Below are positions 1 through 10,448 of a DNA stretch of 64,000 nt, in pieces. Both the position numbers and the translations under genes were made by a program. The notes under the pieces are model-generated. The model was given only the letters and a program-made list of their open reading frames with translations, was not told the origin of the DNA and did not search any database. The stretch comes from Fidelibacterota bacterium (GTDB lineage: Bacteria > Fidelibacterota > Marinisomatia > SCGC-AAA003-L08 > D37C17). Every line of letters starts with the position of its first letter. Position 1 is the first letter of the stretch. The stretch lies in contig PBFG01000019.1 of NCBI GenBank assembly GCA_002718585.1, positions 33,086 to 97,085 on the forward strand. Reading direction: 5' to 3'.

Positions 1-1208
1 TAACTGGTCTGTTTTTTTCTATTTTATTTTCTAGCTCAGAAATAGCACTTATATCTGCGAATAAATTGCAAATTGATGTTTGGATAAAACAGAAATATAA
101 ATTTGCTAACCTTACACGCTTCATAATTAAAAATAAATCAAAATTTTTAATTGTTGCTCTTATTGGTACAAATTTAGCAAATATTTTAGCATCATCATTT
201 GCTACTGTTTATCTAATTCAGATTATTAGTAAATATAATATTTTACATGAAAATATAGTTTTTTTACCAATTGCATTAATTATTTTAGTTTTTGGTGAAA
301 TCCTGCCAAAAACTATTATTAGAGAATATTCTAACATAATGCTGTTAGTATTTTCCCCGATTCTTTATTTTTTTTATGTGATATTTTACCCTATAGTTTA
401 TGTATTCGATAAAATTAATGTAGTCAATAACAATGTTGTAATAAGTAAAAAAGACCTTATTGAAGAAAAAAGAAATGAATTTGAGGGTATATTTCATAAA
501 GGCGACCAATCTATCAATATTGATAAAGAGCAACATAGTATTATTTCAAAAATTTTTGATTATAGGGACCAAATTGTTAAAAATGTTATGACTCCTACGG
601 ATGAAATATCTTGTATTTCATTTAATGCTGACCTAGATGATTTAGCTCATAAATTTATTGATTCTGGTCACTCAAAACTTCTTGTGTTTGATGAAAATTT
701 AAACAATGTTAAGGGAATCATTTATATTTACGACCTCTACTCTAAACCAATAAGCCTCAAAGATATAATTAGGAAAGTTATCTTTATTTCAGAGGATAAA
801 TTAATTGAAGATTTAATGAAAATTTTCAAAAAAAACAATCAATCAACAGCTATAGCAATAAACTCCAAAGGCGATACAACAGGACTAATCACAATTGAGG
901 ATATTTACGAAGAAATTTTTGGAGAGTTTGATGATGAATTTGATTATAAGAATATTCAATCTTTTATAAATAAGGATGGTTCAATAACAACCAATGCTAA
1001 AATAAGTATTGAAGATTTTAATAAAAAATATAATAATATTATTCCTAATGGTGACTACGAAACTATTGGAGGGTATATCATTAAAGAAATTGATAGAATC
1101 CCAAATGAAAATGAGCACATCTTTTTAAATATAGGTCATATAATAATTAAAAAAGCAACAGCTAGAAGAATTGAACAAATTCAAATTTTTATTAACCAAT
1201 ATGATTAA
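1..1208 (+). CDS. Hemolysin-like / CNNM family protein (DUF21 TM domain, CBS pair, CorC_HlyC C-terminal domain); 5' end runs off the window
   Basis: The frame is open from the window edge. Upstream of the tracked TTG it reads ..FSSSEIALISANKLQ.., typical of the DUF21 N-terminus. Hydrophobic N-terminal helices, a central CBS-like region and a CorC/HlyC-like tail (GLITIEDIYEEIFGEFDDE). Confidence 0.8.
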   Translation, partial: TGLFFSILFSSSEIALISANKLQIDVWIKQKYKFANLTRFIIKNKSKFLIVALIGTNLANILASSFATVYLIQIISKYNILHENIVFLPIALIILVFGEILPKTIIREYSNIMLLVFSPILYFFYVIFYPIVYVFDKINVVNNNVVISKKDLIEEKRNEFEGIFHKGDQSINIDKEQHSIISKIFDYRDQIVKNVMTPTDEISCISFNADLDDLAHKFIDSGHSKLLVFDENLNNVKGIIYIYDLYSKPISLKDIIRKVIFISEDKLIEDLMKIFKKNNQSTAIAINSKGDTTGLITIEDIYEEIFGEFDDEFDYKNIQSFINKDGSITTNAKISIEDFNKKYNNIIPNGDYETIGGYIIKEIDRIPNENEHIFLNIGHIIIKKATARRIEQIQIFINQYD

Positions 1209-2379
1209 TTTCCTCAGTTAGTTTTTTAAACCATTCTACATTATAGTCAAAAGGTTTACCACCTTTTATAAAACTAAAATCAATAAGTTCTAACTGATCT
1301 TTTAAGCCAATAACTCCACTTTTGTTTCCTTTAATGGCACATTTTACTGCTAAAGAAGCACTATCTTTTATCAATTTTAAATCTTCTTTATTTGGCTTTG
1401 CAGATCTTGCAAAATAACCACTTTTTTGCACAAGAACTTTATCAGCATTTAACTCTTTCTTAAAAATATTTGAAAACCATTTCCCTGGATTTATCTCATC
1501 TAAACGAACATGCCCAAATGCATCGTATTTAATATCTTTTTTATTTGATTTCATGTCGCTAATAATTTCATTTAATCCAGCACCCTCACTAAAAAAAATA
1601 TTTACGCAATCATATTTATCCATAATTTTTCTTAGCCTAATGAATTCTTTTTTAAAATCATAATCAAGTTCAGGAATGTATATGCCATGAATGCCCCACT
1701 TAACTTTATCAATAAATATTTCTGGAATAAATACTTTATATTTTAAGCTCTCTTGATATAAAAATGCACTATATGCTGTTAACCATCCACAATTTCTCCC
1801 CATAACTTCATGAATAATTAATTGCCTAGTACTGGTCGTATTTTCATTTACTATATTTTCAAAAAATAATTTTGTTTGTTCAGCTGCTGTAACAGCACCA
1901 AGTGTTTGATTTATTGGAAAAACATCATTATCTATAGTCTTAGGCATTCCAATAACTCTTAATTTATAATTATTATTAAATAAAAAACCAACTAGATCTC
2001 CTGCTGTTGTATTTGTATCATCACCTCCAATTGTATGTAAAATATCGATATTATCATTTTTTAATTGATTAGCAGCAACTTCAAGTGGATTTTGTCCTTT
2101 TTCAATGTAACCTTTATCTTCACAATCCTTAATATTTGTTAATTTTACCCTACTATTACCAAGGAAAGACCCTCCAAAGGAATACAATGCCTCTGAATTA
2201 AAATTATTTGGTATATTTATTTTATTATTTGTTAAAAGTCCTCTGTATCCATTTAAATATCCAATAAATTCGAAATCTACATTTTCAATTTTATTGTATT
2301 CACTGATAAGAGCACAAATCGATGAAGAAAGACAAGGCGCAATACCACCTGCAGTCAAGAAACCTATTTTCAATTTCAT
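1192..2379 (-). CDS. pfp: Phosphofructokinase, probably pyrophosphate-dependent (PPi-PFK)
   Basis: PFK family motifs FLTAGGIAPCLSS, GGDDTNTTA (GGDD rather than the GGDGS of ATP-PFK), MPKTIDNDV and HEVMGRNCGWL. Confidence 0.8.
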   Translation of the reverse strand: MKLKIGFLTAGGIAPCLSSSICALISEYNKIENVDFEFIGYLNGYRGLLTNNKINIPNNFNSEALYSFGGSFLGNSRVKLTNIKDCEDKGYIEKGQNPLEVAANQLKNDNIDILHTIGGDDTNTTAGDLVGFLFNNNYKLRVIGMPKTIDNDVFPINQTLGAVTAAEQTKLFFENIVNENTTSTRQLIIHEVMGRNCGWLTAYSAFLYQESLKYKVFIPEIFIDKVKWGIHGIYIPELDYDFKKEFIRLRKIMDKYDCVNIFFSEGAGLNEIISDMKSNKKDIKYDAFGHVRLDEINPGKWFSNIFKKELNADKVLVQKSGYFARSAKPNKEDLKLIKDSASLAVKCAIKGNKSGVIGLKDQLELIDFSFIKGGKPFDYNVEWFKKLTEEINHIG

Positions 2380-2501
2380 GTAATTACCTAATAGTTTTAA
2401 TTAAATTTAATTAATATTATGATTTATGTAATAATTAATCAAAAGATTATATACATATTTTTGTAAATTTATATATGTTTTTTTTAATAAAAACTAGCTA
2501 A

Positions 2502-5168
2502 ATGAAAAATTCCGATAAAAAAACTGATTTAGATCCAATTGAAACCCGAGAATGGATTGATTCAATAAAATCATTGATTCATCATTCAGGCTCAGAAAGA
2601 GCTCATTTTATTTTAGATAAGTTAATTTCTTATACTCGAAGAAATGGTATTAGAATGCCTTTCCAAGCTAATACTGATTACGTAAACACAATTCCTCTTG
2701 ATGAACAGGAACCATTTGGAGGCGACAGGGCAATAGAAAGAAGAATAAAATCTATTATTAGATGGAATGCTATGGCAATGGTAGTAAGAGCTAATATTAA
2801 AAATGATGGAATTGGAGGTCATATTTCATCATTTGCATCTTCAGCAACACTTTATGAAGTAGCCTTCAATCACTTTTTTAAAGGCCCTAATAATGATAAA
2901 GGTGATATTATTTTTTTCCAAGGGCATGTTTCACCTGGTATTTATTCGAGATCTTTTTTAGAAGGACGATTAAGCGAAAAAGATTTAGAAAATTTCAGAC
3001 TTGAAAGTGGTAAAGATAAGGGTTTATCTTCTTATCCACATCCATGGCTAATGCCAGAGTATTGGCAGTTTGCAACTGTTTCAATGGGATTAGGACCTAT
3101 AATGGCAATTTATCAAGCAAGATTTATGCATTATCTTAACGATAGAAAAATCACCAATAGTGAAAGTAGAAAGGTATGGGCATTTTTGGGTGATGGTGAA
3201 ATGGATGAGCCAGAATCATTGGGTGCTTTGACTCTAGCATCAAGAGAAAAGCTTGACAATTTAATTTTTGTCATAAACTGTAATTTACAAAGATTAGATG
3301 GTCCTGTCAGAGGCAATGGTAAAATTATTCAAGAGCTTGAAGGTGCATTTAGAGGCGCTGGTTGGAATGTCATTAAAGTCATATGGGGTTCTAATTGGGA
3401 TGAATTATTTGAAAAAGACCATAAAGGTTTAATAAGAGATAGATTAGATAAATGTGTTGATGGTGATTTCTTAAAATATATTGTTGAAGGTGGAGAGTAT
3501 TATAGAAAATATTTTTGGTCTGAAAATGAAGAACTCCTTAAGCTTGTTGAACATTTATCTGATAAAGAACTTGAAGAATTACAAGTTGGAGGCCATGATC
3601 CAGCTAAAGTATACGCAGCATATCATCAAGCAATTAATCATAGAGGTCAACCTACTGTGATATTGGCTCAAACAATTAAAGGTTACGGATTGGGAGAGGC
3701 TGGTGAGGGAAGAAATATTACTCATCAACAAAAAAAACTTAATGAAAAAGAACTATTAAACTTTAGAACACATTTTAATATTCCAATAAGTGATACTGAT
3801 TGCATAAAAGCACCTTTTTACAAGCCCCTTTTGGACAGTGATGAAATAATTTATTTAAAAGAAAGAAGAGAAAAACTTGGTGGTTTTTTACCACAGAGAT
3901 CTAATAATGCAGAGTCTTTGAAAATACCTGATATAAATATTTTTGAAGAATTAATGAAGGGTTCGGATAATCGTGAGGTATCTACTACAATGGTTTTTGT
4001 TAGACTAATAACCTTACTATCTAAAAATAATGATTTAGGTAAAAATATTGTACCAATTATTCCTGATGAAGCTAGGACATTTGGTATTGATCCCCTTTTT
4101 AGAGAGTTGGGAATATATTCTCATGTAGGACAAAAATATGACCCGGTTGACTCTGAACAATTTTTATATTATAAGGAAGCAAAAGATGGCCAAATACTTG
4201 AAGAGGGTATAAGTGAAGCAGGTGCCATCTCATCTTTCATTGCTGCAGGAACAGCTTACTCAAATTATGAAGTTAATTTAATTCCTTTTTTCATTTACTA
4301 TTCAATGTTTGGATTCCAAAGAGTCGGTGACTCAATTTGGGCTGCATCAGATATGAGAACAAGAGGATTCTTAATTGGAGGAACTGCTGGTAGAACTACA
4401 CTATCGGGAGAAGGTCTACAACATCAAGATGGTCATAGTCATTTAATGGCATCTGCTGTTCCAAGTATCAGGGCTTATGACCCTGCATTTTCATATGAAA
4501 TTGCTACAATTATTCATCATGGCTTGAAAGAAATGTACGAATGGCAAAATGACATGATATACTACATTACTGTTGAAAATGAAAATTATACACACCCTCC
4601 ACTAGGAAATGCTGATAAAGATGGAATAATTAAAGGCTTATATGAACTTAAGCCTCACTCAGGAAATAGCGATTTAAAAGTTCAGCTTTTAGCTTCTGGG
4701 CCGATGGTAAATGAAGCAATTGAAGCTTCAAAACTTTTATTAGAAGATTGGGATATTGATGCTAGTGTTTGGAGTGTAACAAGTTATTCAGAATTGCATA
4801 AAGAAGCTGAAGATGTTAGAAGATGGAATATTTTACATCCAGAATCAGAACCAAGAAAATCCTTTATTGAGAAAAAAATTATAAATGAAAATGGTCCTGT
4901 TATAGCAACGAGCGATTATGTGAAACTTGTAGCTGAACAAATCCTGCCTTATATAAACTGTCCTTTCGTTGCTTTAGGAACTGATGGATTTGGGAGAAGT
5001 GATACCCGTGATAAATTAAGAGATTTTTTTGAAGTCAACAGATATTATATTATCCTTTATGCACTAGACAAACTATTTATTGATAAAAAGATAGATAAAG
5101 AATTAGTTTCTAAATGTATAAAAAAATATAAAATTGACATTGATAAACCTAATCCAAATAAGGTTTGA
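2502..5168 (+). CDS. aceE: Pyruvate dehydrogenase E1 component, homodimeric type
   Basis: 888 aa. N-terminus DPIETREWIDS and the ThDP motif GDGEMDEPES..NCNLQRLDGPV. Followed by E2 and E3 genes. Confidence 0.93.
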   Translation: MKNSDKKTDLDPIETREWIDSIKSLIHHSGSERAHFILDKLISYTRRNGIRMPFQANTDYVNTIPLDEQEPFGGDRAIERRIKSIIRWNAMAMVVRANIKNDGIGGHISSFASSATLYEVAFNHFFKGPNNDKGDIIFFQGHVSPGIYSRSFLEGRLSEKDLENFRLESGKDKGLSSYPHPWLMPEYWQFATVSMGLGPIMAIYQARFMHYLNDRKITNSESRKVWAFLGDGEMDEPESLGALTLASREKLDNLIFVINCNLQRLDGPVRGNGKIIQELEGAFRGAGWNVIKVIWGSNWDELFEKDHKGLIRDRLDKCVDGDFLKYIVEGGEYYRKYFWSENEELLKLVEHLSDKELEELQVGGHDPAKVYAAYHQAINHRGQPTVILAQTIKGYGLGEAGEGRNITHQQKKLNEKELLNFRTHFNIPISDTDCIKAPFYKPLLDSDEIIYLKERREKLGGFLPQRSNNAESLKIPDINIFEELMKGSDNREVSTTMVFVRLITLLSKNNDLGKNIVPIIPDEARTFGIDPLFRELGIYSHVGQKYDPVDSEQFLYYKEAKDGQILEEGISEAGAISSFIAAGTAYSNYEVNLIPFFIYYSMFGFQRVGDSIWAASDMRTRGFLIGGTAGRTTLSGEGLQHQDGHSHLMASAVPSIRAYDPAFSYEIATIIHHGLKEMYEWQNDMIYYITVENENYTHPPLGNADKDGIIKGLYELKPHSGNSDLKVQLLASGPMVNEAIEASKLLLEDWDIDASVWSVTSYSELHKEAEDVRRWNILHPESEPRKSFIEKKIINENGPVIATSDYVKLVAEQILPYINCPFVALGTDGFGRSDTRDKLRDFFEVNRYYIILYALDKLFIDKKIDKELVSKCIKKYKIDIDKPNPNKV

Positions 5169-5207
5169 TTTTATGTATATTATGGAAACAATTTAATATA
5201 AAATTAT

Positions 5208-6557
5208 ATGAGTTTTATTCTACCAAATATAGGTGAAGGTATTGATAATATTTCAGTAAGCGAAATTCTTGTTGAAGAAAATCAGAAAATAAAAGCTAAT
5301 GATTCAGTTTTACTTGTTGAAACGGACAAAGCATCAATGGAAATACCCATTGACAAGGATTGCATTATTGAGAAAATTTTAGTTCGAGAGGGGGATACTA
5401 TCTCTCCAGGACAAAAAATACTTGAAATAAAAAATATTGATATTAAAAATGATCTTGTATATCAAGAAAAGAATATATTGCAAAAAGATGAATCTAAATC
5501 TTTAGACTCTAAAGAAAACACTCCCCCATCTAACTTTGAAAATCAATCTAAGAATGAAATAACAGATAAAATTGATACTGAAAGCACATCAAATTTATCA
5601 GATGATGATTCAATATCACAAAAAAGTATTCGATTAGAAAATGTAATTCCTTCACAAACAAAAAGGGAAACGAGTGATAGTATTAATGCAAGTCCATCAG
5701 TTAGGAAATTTGCGAGAGAATTAAATTGTAATATTAAAAATATTTCTGGCTCTGGGCCAAATAACCGTATAACTAAAGAAGATGTATTAAACTATACTAA
5801 TGGTAATGATTCCATTGTAAAAGATACTCCTAAGAAAAGTTTAACAGATCAATTTTTATCTTTAGGTCCAATTAAAAAAGTTAGTTTAAATAATGTTCAA
5901 AGTACATCTGCTACTAGATTACATAAATCATGGACTAGCATACCTCATGTAACTCAATTTGATGAAGTTAAAATAGATGATCTGAGCGATTTGATAAAGT
6001 TATTAAAAAGAATCAACAAAAATCCAAAATCAAAAGTTTCGTATATTCCTTTCTTTATTAAAGCTGTTTATTTAATACTTAAACAACTAGAAATTTTTAA
6101 TTCATCATTAGACCATGATGGAAATACTGTTATTAAAAAATATTATTATAATATTGGTTTTGCTGTCGATACACCCAGAGGTCTTTTTGTTCCAGTTATT
6201 AAAAACGTAGATAAAAAAAGTATTAAACAAATAACAATAGAATTTAATAGTTTAATTAATAAAGCTATGGATAATAAATTGACAATAGATGATATGACCG
6301 GTGGCTGTATAACTATTTCTAGTCTCGGCAATATATCAGGCAAATTTTTCACACCTATTATTAATTCACCAGAAGTTGCTATCTTAGGAGTTTCGAAAAT
6401 ATTTAAACAAATTGTTGAACGGAATGGAAAATTACGTTCTCAAAGTATGCTGCCAATATCTTTATCATATGACCATCGAGTTATTAATGGAGCTGATGCA
6501 GCTAAATTCACAAAACTTTTTGGTGAAATTATTAATAAAACCTCTCTTTTAAAATAG
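5208..6557 (+). CDS. aceF: Dihydrolipoamide acetyltransferase E2 (single lipoyl domain)
   Basis: Lipoyl attachment motif ETDKASMEIP, a subunit-binding domain (SPSVRKFARELN) and the catalytic tail SYDHRVINGADAAKF. Confidence 0.9.
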   Translation: MSFILPNIGEGIDNISVSEILVEENQKIKANDSVLLVETDKASMEIPIDKDCIIEKILVREGDTISPGQKILEIKNIDIKNDLVYQEKNILQKDESKSLDSKENTPPSNFENQSKNEITDKIDTESTSNLSDDDSISQKSIRLENVIPSQTKRETSDSINASPSVRKFARELNCNIKNISGSGPNNRITKEDVLNYTNGNDSIVKDTPKKSLTDQFLSLGPIKKVSLNNVQSTSATRLHKSWTSIPHVTQFDEVKIDDLSDLIKLLKRINKNPKSKVSYIPFFIKAVYLILKQLEIFNSSLDHDGNTVIKKYYYNIGFAVDTPRGLFVPVIKNVDKKSIKQITIEFNSLINKAMDNKLTIDDMTGGCITISSLGNISGKFFTPIINSPEVAILGVSKIFKQIVERNGKLRSQSMLPISLSYDHRVINGADAAKFTKLFGEIINKTSLLK

Positions 6558-6569
6558 ACTTTTCTAAAT

Positions 6570-7991
6570 TTGAATAACACTAACAATATAAAAAGAAAAA
6601 TTGTAGTTATTGGTTCTGGACCAGGTGGATATACCGCTGCATTTAGAGCTGCAGATTTGGGTTTAGATGTTACTTTAATAGATAAAGATAAAAATTTAGG
6701 AGGTGTTTGTTTAAATAGAGGCTGTATCCCATCCAAAGCCTATCTGCATTTAGCAAACGTAATACATGAAGCAGATGAATCAAAAAATTTTGGTGTAACT
6801 TTTGAAAAGCCAAAAATAGATATCAAAAAAATATTTAAATGGAAAAATTCCATAGTTAATAATCTTAATTCTGGAATAGAAACACTTGCAAGTCAAAGAA
6901 ATATCAAAGTTATCAATGGCCTTGCTTCTTTTTTATCTGCAAATAAATTATCAGTGAAAGATAATCAAAATAAGATAATTAATATTAATTTTGATTACTG
7001 TATAGTTGCTACTGGATCATCTCCTTCAAAACTAAATTTTAGTGCTAATGAATCTCCTAATGTGATTAATTCTACCGAAGCACTTTCGCTTAATGAAATT
7101 CCAAAAAAAATGTTAGTAATTGGTGGAGGATATATAGGCCTTGAGTTAGGAAGTGCTTTCCAATCTTTTGGAAGTAGGATTACTGTTGCTGAATTTTCAT
7201 CTAGACTTTTACCAATGGCAGATAAAGATTTGGTTAATCCTTTATTTAAATGTTTAAATAATAAATTTGAAAATATATTTTTATCAACAGAAGTTATTAA
7301 TTTGAAAGAAGTTAAGAATATGGTTAATGTTGAATTCAAAAATAATGATATAATTTTCCAAGATTCGTTTGATAAAGTTTTAGTTTCAGTTGGTAGAACC
7401 CCTAATACAAAGTTTTTAAATCTAGAAAAAGCAGGAATTAAATTAAGCGAGAGAGGCTTTATACCTGTTAATGATAAAATGAGAACAATAACTCCCAATA
7501 TTTATGCTATTGGGGATATTGTTGGTGATCCAATGCTCGCTCATAAAGCAACTCACGAAGGTAAGGTTGCAGCAGAAAATATTGCTGGACATAACTCAGT
7601 TTTTGATCCAATTGCAATTCCATCTGTAATTTACACAAATCCAGAAATTGCATGGGCAGGCTATACTGAATCAGATTTAAGAAATAAGAAAATTAAGTAT
7701 AATAAAGGTATATTCCCGTGGTCAGCAAGCGGGAGAGCAATGACTAATGGTCATGCAATAGGAAAAACAAAAATACTAACATCTGAAGATAATTCTAGAA
7801 TACTTGGTGTAGGCATATCAGGAAGTAATGCTGGCGAGCTTATATCAGAAGCAATGCTTGCAATTGAAATGGGTGCAAATATTGAAGACATAAGTTTAAC
7901 AATTCACCCCCACCCTACACTAAGTGAAACTTTTGCAAATGCCTCGGAAGTTCTAACAAAAACAATTACAGATTTGTACATTAAAAGTTGA
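6570..7991 (+). CDS. lpdA: Dihydrolipoyl dehydrogenase E3
   Basis: FAD motif GSGPGGYTAAFRAA, redox disulfide GGVCLNRGCIPSK and C-terminal HPHPTLSE. TTG start and TGA stop. Confidence 0.93.
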   Translation: MNNTNNIKRKIVVIGSGPGGYTAAFRAADLGLDVTLIDKDKNLGGVCLNRGCIPSKAYLHLANVIHEADESKNFGVTFEKPKIDIKKIFKWKNSIVNNLNSGIETLASQRNIKVINGLASFLSANKLSVKDNQNKIININFDYCIVATGSSPSKLNFSANESPNVINSTEALSLNEIPKKMLVIGGGYIGLELGSAFQSFGSRITVAEFSSRLLPMADKDLVNPLFKCLNNKFENIFLSTEVINLKEVKNMVNVEFKNNDIIFQDSFDKVLVSVGRTPNTKFLNLEKAGIKLSERGFIPVNDKMRTITPNIYAIGDIVGDPMLAHKATHEGKVAAENIAGHNSVFDPIAIPSVIYTNPEIAWAGYTESDLRNKKIKYNKGIFPWSASGRAMTNGHAIGKTKILTSEDNSRILGVGISGSNAGELISEAMLAIEMGANIEDISLTIHPHPTLSETFANASEVLTKTITDLYIKS

Positions 7992-8779
7992 AAAAAACAA
8001 CTTTAATTAATGGTGATACCATTTTTTGTATAAATTCTTTAGAAGCTCAAATGCTCCATGAGCATATTACAGGCTATTTTGATGACTTTATTAATCTAGA
8101 ACAATCAGATATAATACTTGATATAGGAGCAAATATTGGTATTCTTGGTTTAGATTTATCTAAAAAATATCCAATGATTAACATTCATTCCTTTGAACCT
8201 ATTGATGATATTTTTTCAGTCCTTAAGGCAAATACAGTTTTAAGTAAGAATAAAAACTTTAAATCTTATAACTTTGGAATTTCTGATAAAAGTGAATCAA
8301 TTGAGTTAACGTATTTCCCAAATGCTCCTGCTTTATCAAGTGCAAATGATGAAATATGGAACTCTAAAAAAGATTTAATTGAGGCCTTTGATGGTAGCAT
8401 ACAGAATGCTCCCTCTAATTGGTGGTGGAAAAAGTTCATACCAAAATTTACCTATGCTTTTTTCGTAAAAAATCTTATAAGAAATAAGAAAAAAATTACC
8501 TGTAAACTTAAACCACTTTCTAAAGTAATTGAAGAATTATCACTAAAAAAAATAGATCTTTTAAAAATTGACTGCGAAGGGAATGAACATAAAGTTATTA
8601 ATGGAATCAAAGAAGAAAATTGGTTAATAATAAATCAGTTAATTATTGAAATAAATGATATTGATGGTCGCTTGAAATATATTGAAAACAAATTAAAAAA
8701 ATTAGGATTTAAAATCAAAATCATTCAAGAACCTGCACTTGAAAAAACTAATCTATATAATCTTTTTGCTAGAAAATAA
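7988..8779 (+). CDS. FkbM-family SAM-dependent methyltransferase
   Basis: DIGANIGI SAM-binding motif and KIDCEGNEHKVINGI, typical of FkbM. The start overlaps the lpdA stop, so the exact start is uncertain. Confidence 0.7.
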   Translation: MKKTTLINGDTIFCINSLEAQMLHEHITGYFDDFINLEQSDIILDIGANIGILGLDLSKKYPMINIHSFEPIDDIFSVLKANTVLSKNKNFKSYNFGISDKSESIELTYFPNAPALSSANDEIWNSKKDLIEAFDGSIQNAPSNWWWKKFIPKFTYAFFVKNLIRNKKKITCKLKPLSKVIEELSLKKIDLLKIDCEGNEHKVINGIKEENWLIINQLIIEINDIDGRLKYIENKLKKLGFKIKIIQEPALEKTNLYNLFARK

Positions 8780-8798
8780 TTATTTTAAAATAGATAAA

Positions 8799-9164
8799 AT
8801 GTCCTCAAAAAAAATCAATTTAAAACAAAAATTTTCAAAATTTACAGAATATTGGTCACCAAAAATTATTGCACAGATGAATGATTATCAGTTTAAAGTC
8901 GTTAAAATTAAAGGTGAATTTACATGGCATAATCATACAGATACAGATGAAACATTTTTAGTAATTGAAGGAGAAATGTTCATAGAATTTAAAGACCATG
9001 AGGTGAAATTATCTAAAGGTGAAATGTATGTTGTCCCTAAAGGAGTTGAACATAAGCCTCATGCAGAAAAAGAATGTAAAATTCTTATTATTGAACCTAA
9101 AGGTGTAATTAATACTGGTGACGCAGGTGGTGATTTAACAGTTGATAAAGAAACATGGATTTAA
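8799..9164 (+). CDS. Cupin-domain protein
   Basis: Small beta-barrel signature HNHTDTDETFLVIEGEM...VVPKGVEHKP. I prefer the internal ATG at 8799 over the tracked start at 8739, which lies inside the upstream gene. Confidence 0.6.
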   Translation: MSSKKINLKQKFSKFTEYWSPKIIAQMNDYQFKVVKIKGEFTWHNHTDTDETFLVIEGEMFIEFKDHEVKLSKGEMYVVPKGVEHKPHAEKECKILIIEPKGVINTGDAGGDLTVDKETWI

Positions 9165-9178
9165 TAAATAAATCGTTA

Positions 9179-10402
9179 TTATTTTATTATATATGATTCT
9201 CTAACTAATCTTTCTCCAATTTTTAAATTATTTAAATCATTGGAAAAGAGCCTTAATATTACATCCCCTTTACTTATTTTATCATTATTTTTTTTAAAAA
9301 ATTCTGCACCTGAATTATTATCTCTAGTACCTTTTAATTTATTAATATAATTAACAGCATCTCCAATTTTTTTTGTATCTATAAATTTAATATTTCCAGA
9401 TTCATAAGCTTTAATCTCTATACAATCTGTGTAGTCACAATTAATACTATTAATATCTCCACCATGTTCATATACCATCTTTTCAAAAATCTCATATGCT
9501 TTACCATTATTAATAACATCAATCATTTTTTGTTTTGAATTATCTATTTTTGCTAACGAGCATGCAACCCTACCAAGTTTGAAAACAACATCCATTAAAT
9601 CATCGGGGCCCCTACCTCTTAAGCAATAAATTGATTCAATTACTTCGCAATTTAGTCCAGAGAAATTTCCTAGAGGTTGAGTCATATCGGTACCTAAATA
9701 TTTCACATCAACATTAAAGTTTTTACCAATCAAAGATAATAATTCTCCTAATCTTTGACCTTCTTTTTTAGTTTCTAAAAAAGCACCATTACCATATTTA
9801 ATATCTAACACTAAACCATGAATACCTTCAGATATTTTCTTACTCATTATACTTCCACATATGAGAGGTAAGGATGCAATAGTATTGGTTTTATCTCTCA
9901 ACGAATATATTTTACGGTCAGCAGGACAAATTTCATTGGTTTGCCCTATAATAGAGATGCCTACTTTCTTAACAATTTTTTTAAATTTATCTAAATCAAT
10001 TAAGCCATTATATCCAGGTATAGATTCAAGTTTATCCAAAGTACCACCTGTATGACCTAAATGTCTACCGACTACCATTGGTACGAAGCACCCACATGCA
10101 ACTAAAATAGGACCTAGAATTAAAGAGACCTTATCACCTACGCCTCCTGTTGAATGTTTATCAATGACATATCCATCAAGGTTATCAAATTCAACTTTTT
10201 CACCAGAATTAATTATTGATTCAGTATAGAGCACTGTTTCATCAATATTCATTCCATATTCAAAAATTTCTTTTAGCCATAAAGTCATATTTTTATCATC
10301 TATCTCATCATTTAAATATGACTGCACTATAAAACTGATTTCTTTTGAGCTATAAAATTTGTTATTTTTTTTATACTTAATTAGTTCTTGAAAATCAATC
10401 AT
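9179..10402 (-). CDS. deoA: Thymidine / pyrimidine-nucleoside phosphorylase
   Basis: Family motif DKHSTGGVGDKVSL plus a glycosyltransferase family 3 core and C-terminal domain. Confidence 0.88.
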   Translation of the reverse strand: MIDFQELIKYKKNNKFYSSKEISFIVQSYLNDEIDDKNMTLWLKEIFEYGMNIDETVLYTESIINSGEKVEFDNLDGYVIDKHSTGGVGDKVSLILGPILVACGCFVPMVVGRHLGHTGGTLDKLESIPGYNGLIDLDKFKKIVKKVGISIIGQTNEICPADRKIYSLRDKTNTIASLPLICGSIMSKKISEGIHGLVLDIKYGNGAFLETKKEGQRLGELLSLIGKNFNVDVKYLGTDMTQPLGNFSGLNCEVIESIYCLRGRGPDDLMDVVFKLGRVACSLAKIDNSKQKMIDVINNGKAYEIFEKMVYEHGGDINSINCDYTDCIEIKAYESGNIKFIDTKKIGDAVNYINKLKGTRDNNSGAEFFKKNNDKISKGDVILRLFSNDLNNLKIGERLVRESYIIK

Positions 10403-10448
10403 AAAAAAATATCTATCTTAATTAAACAAAGATACTGAATCTATATCA

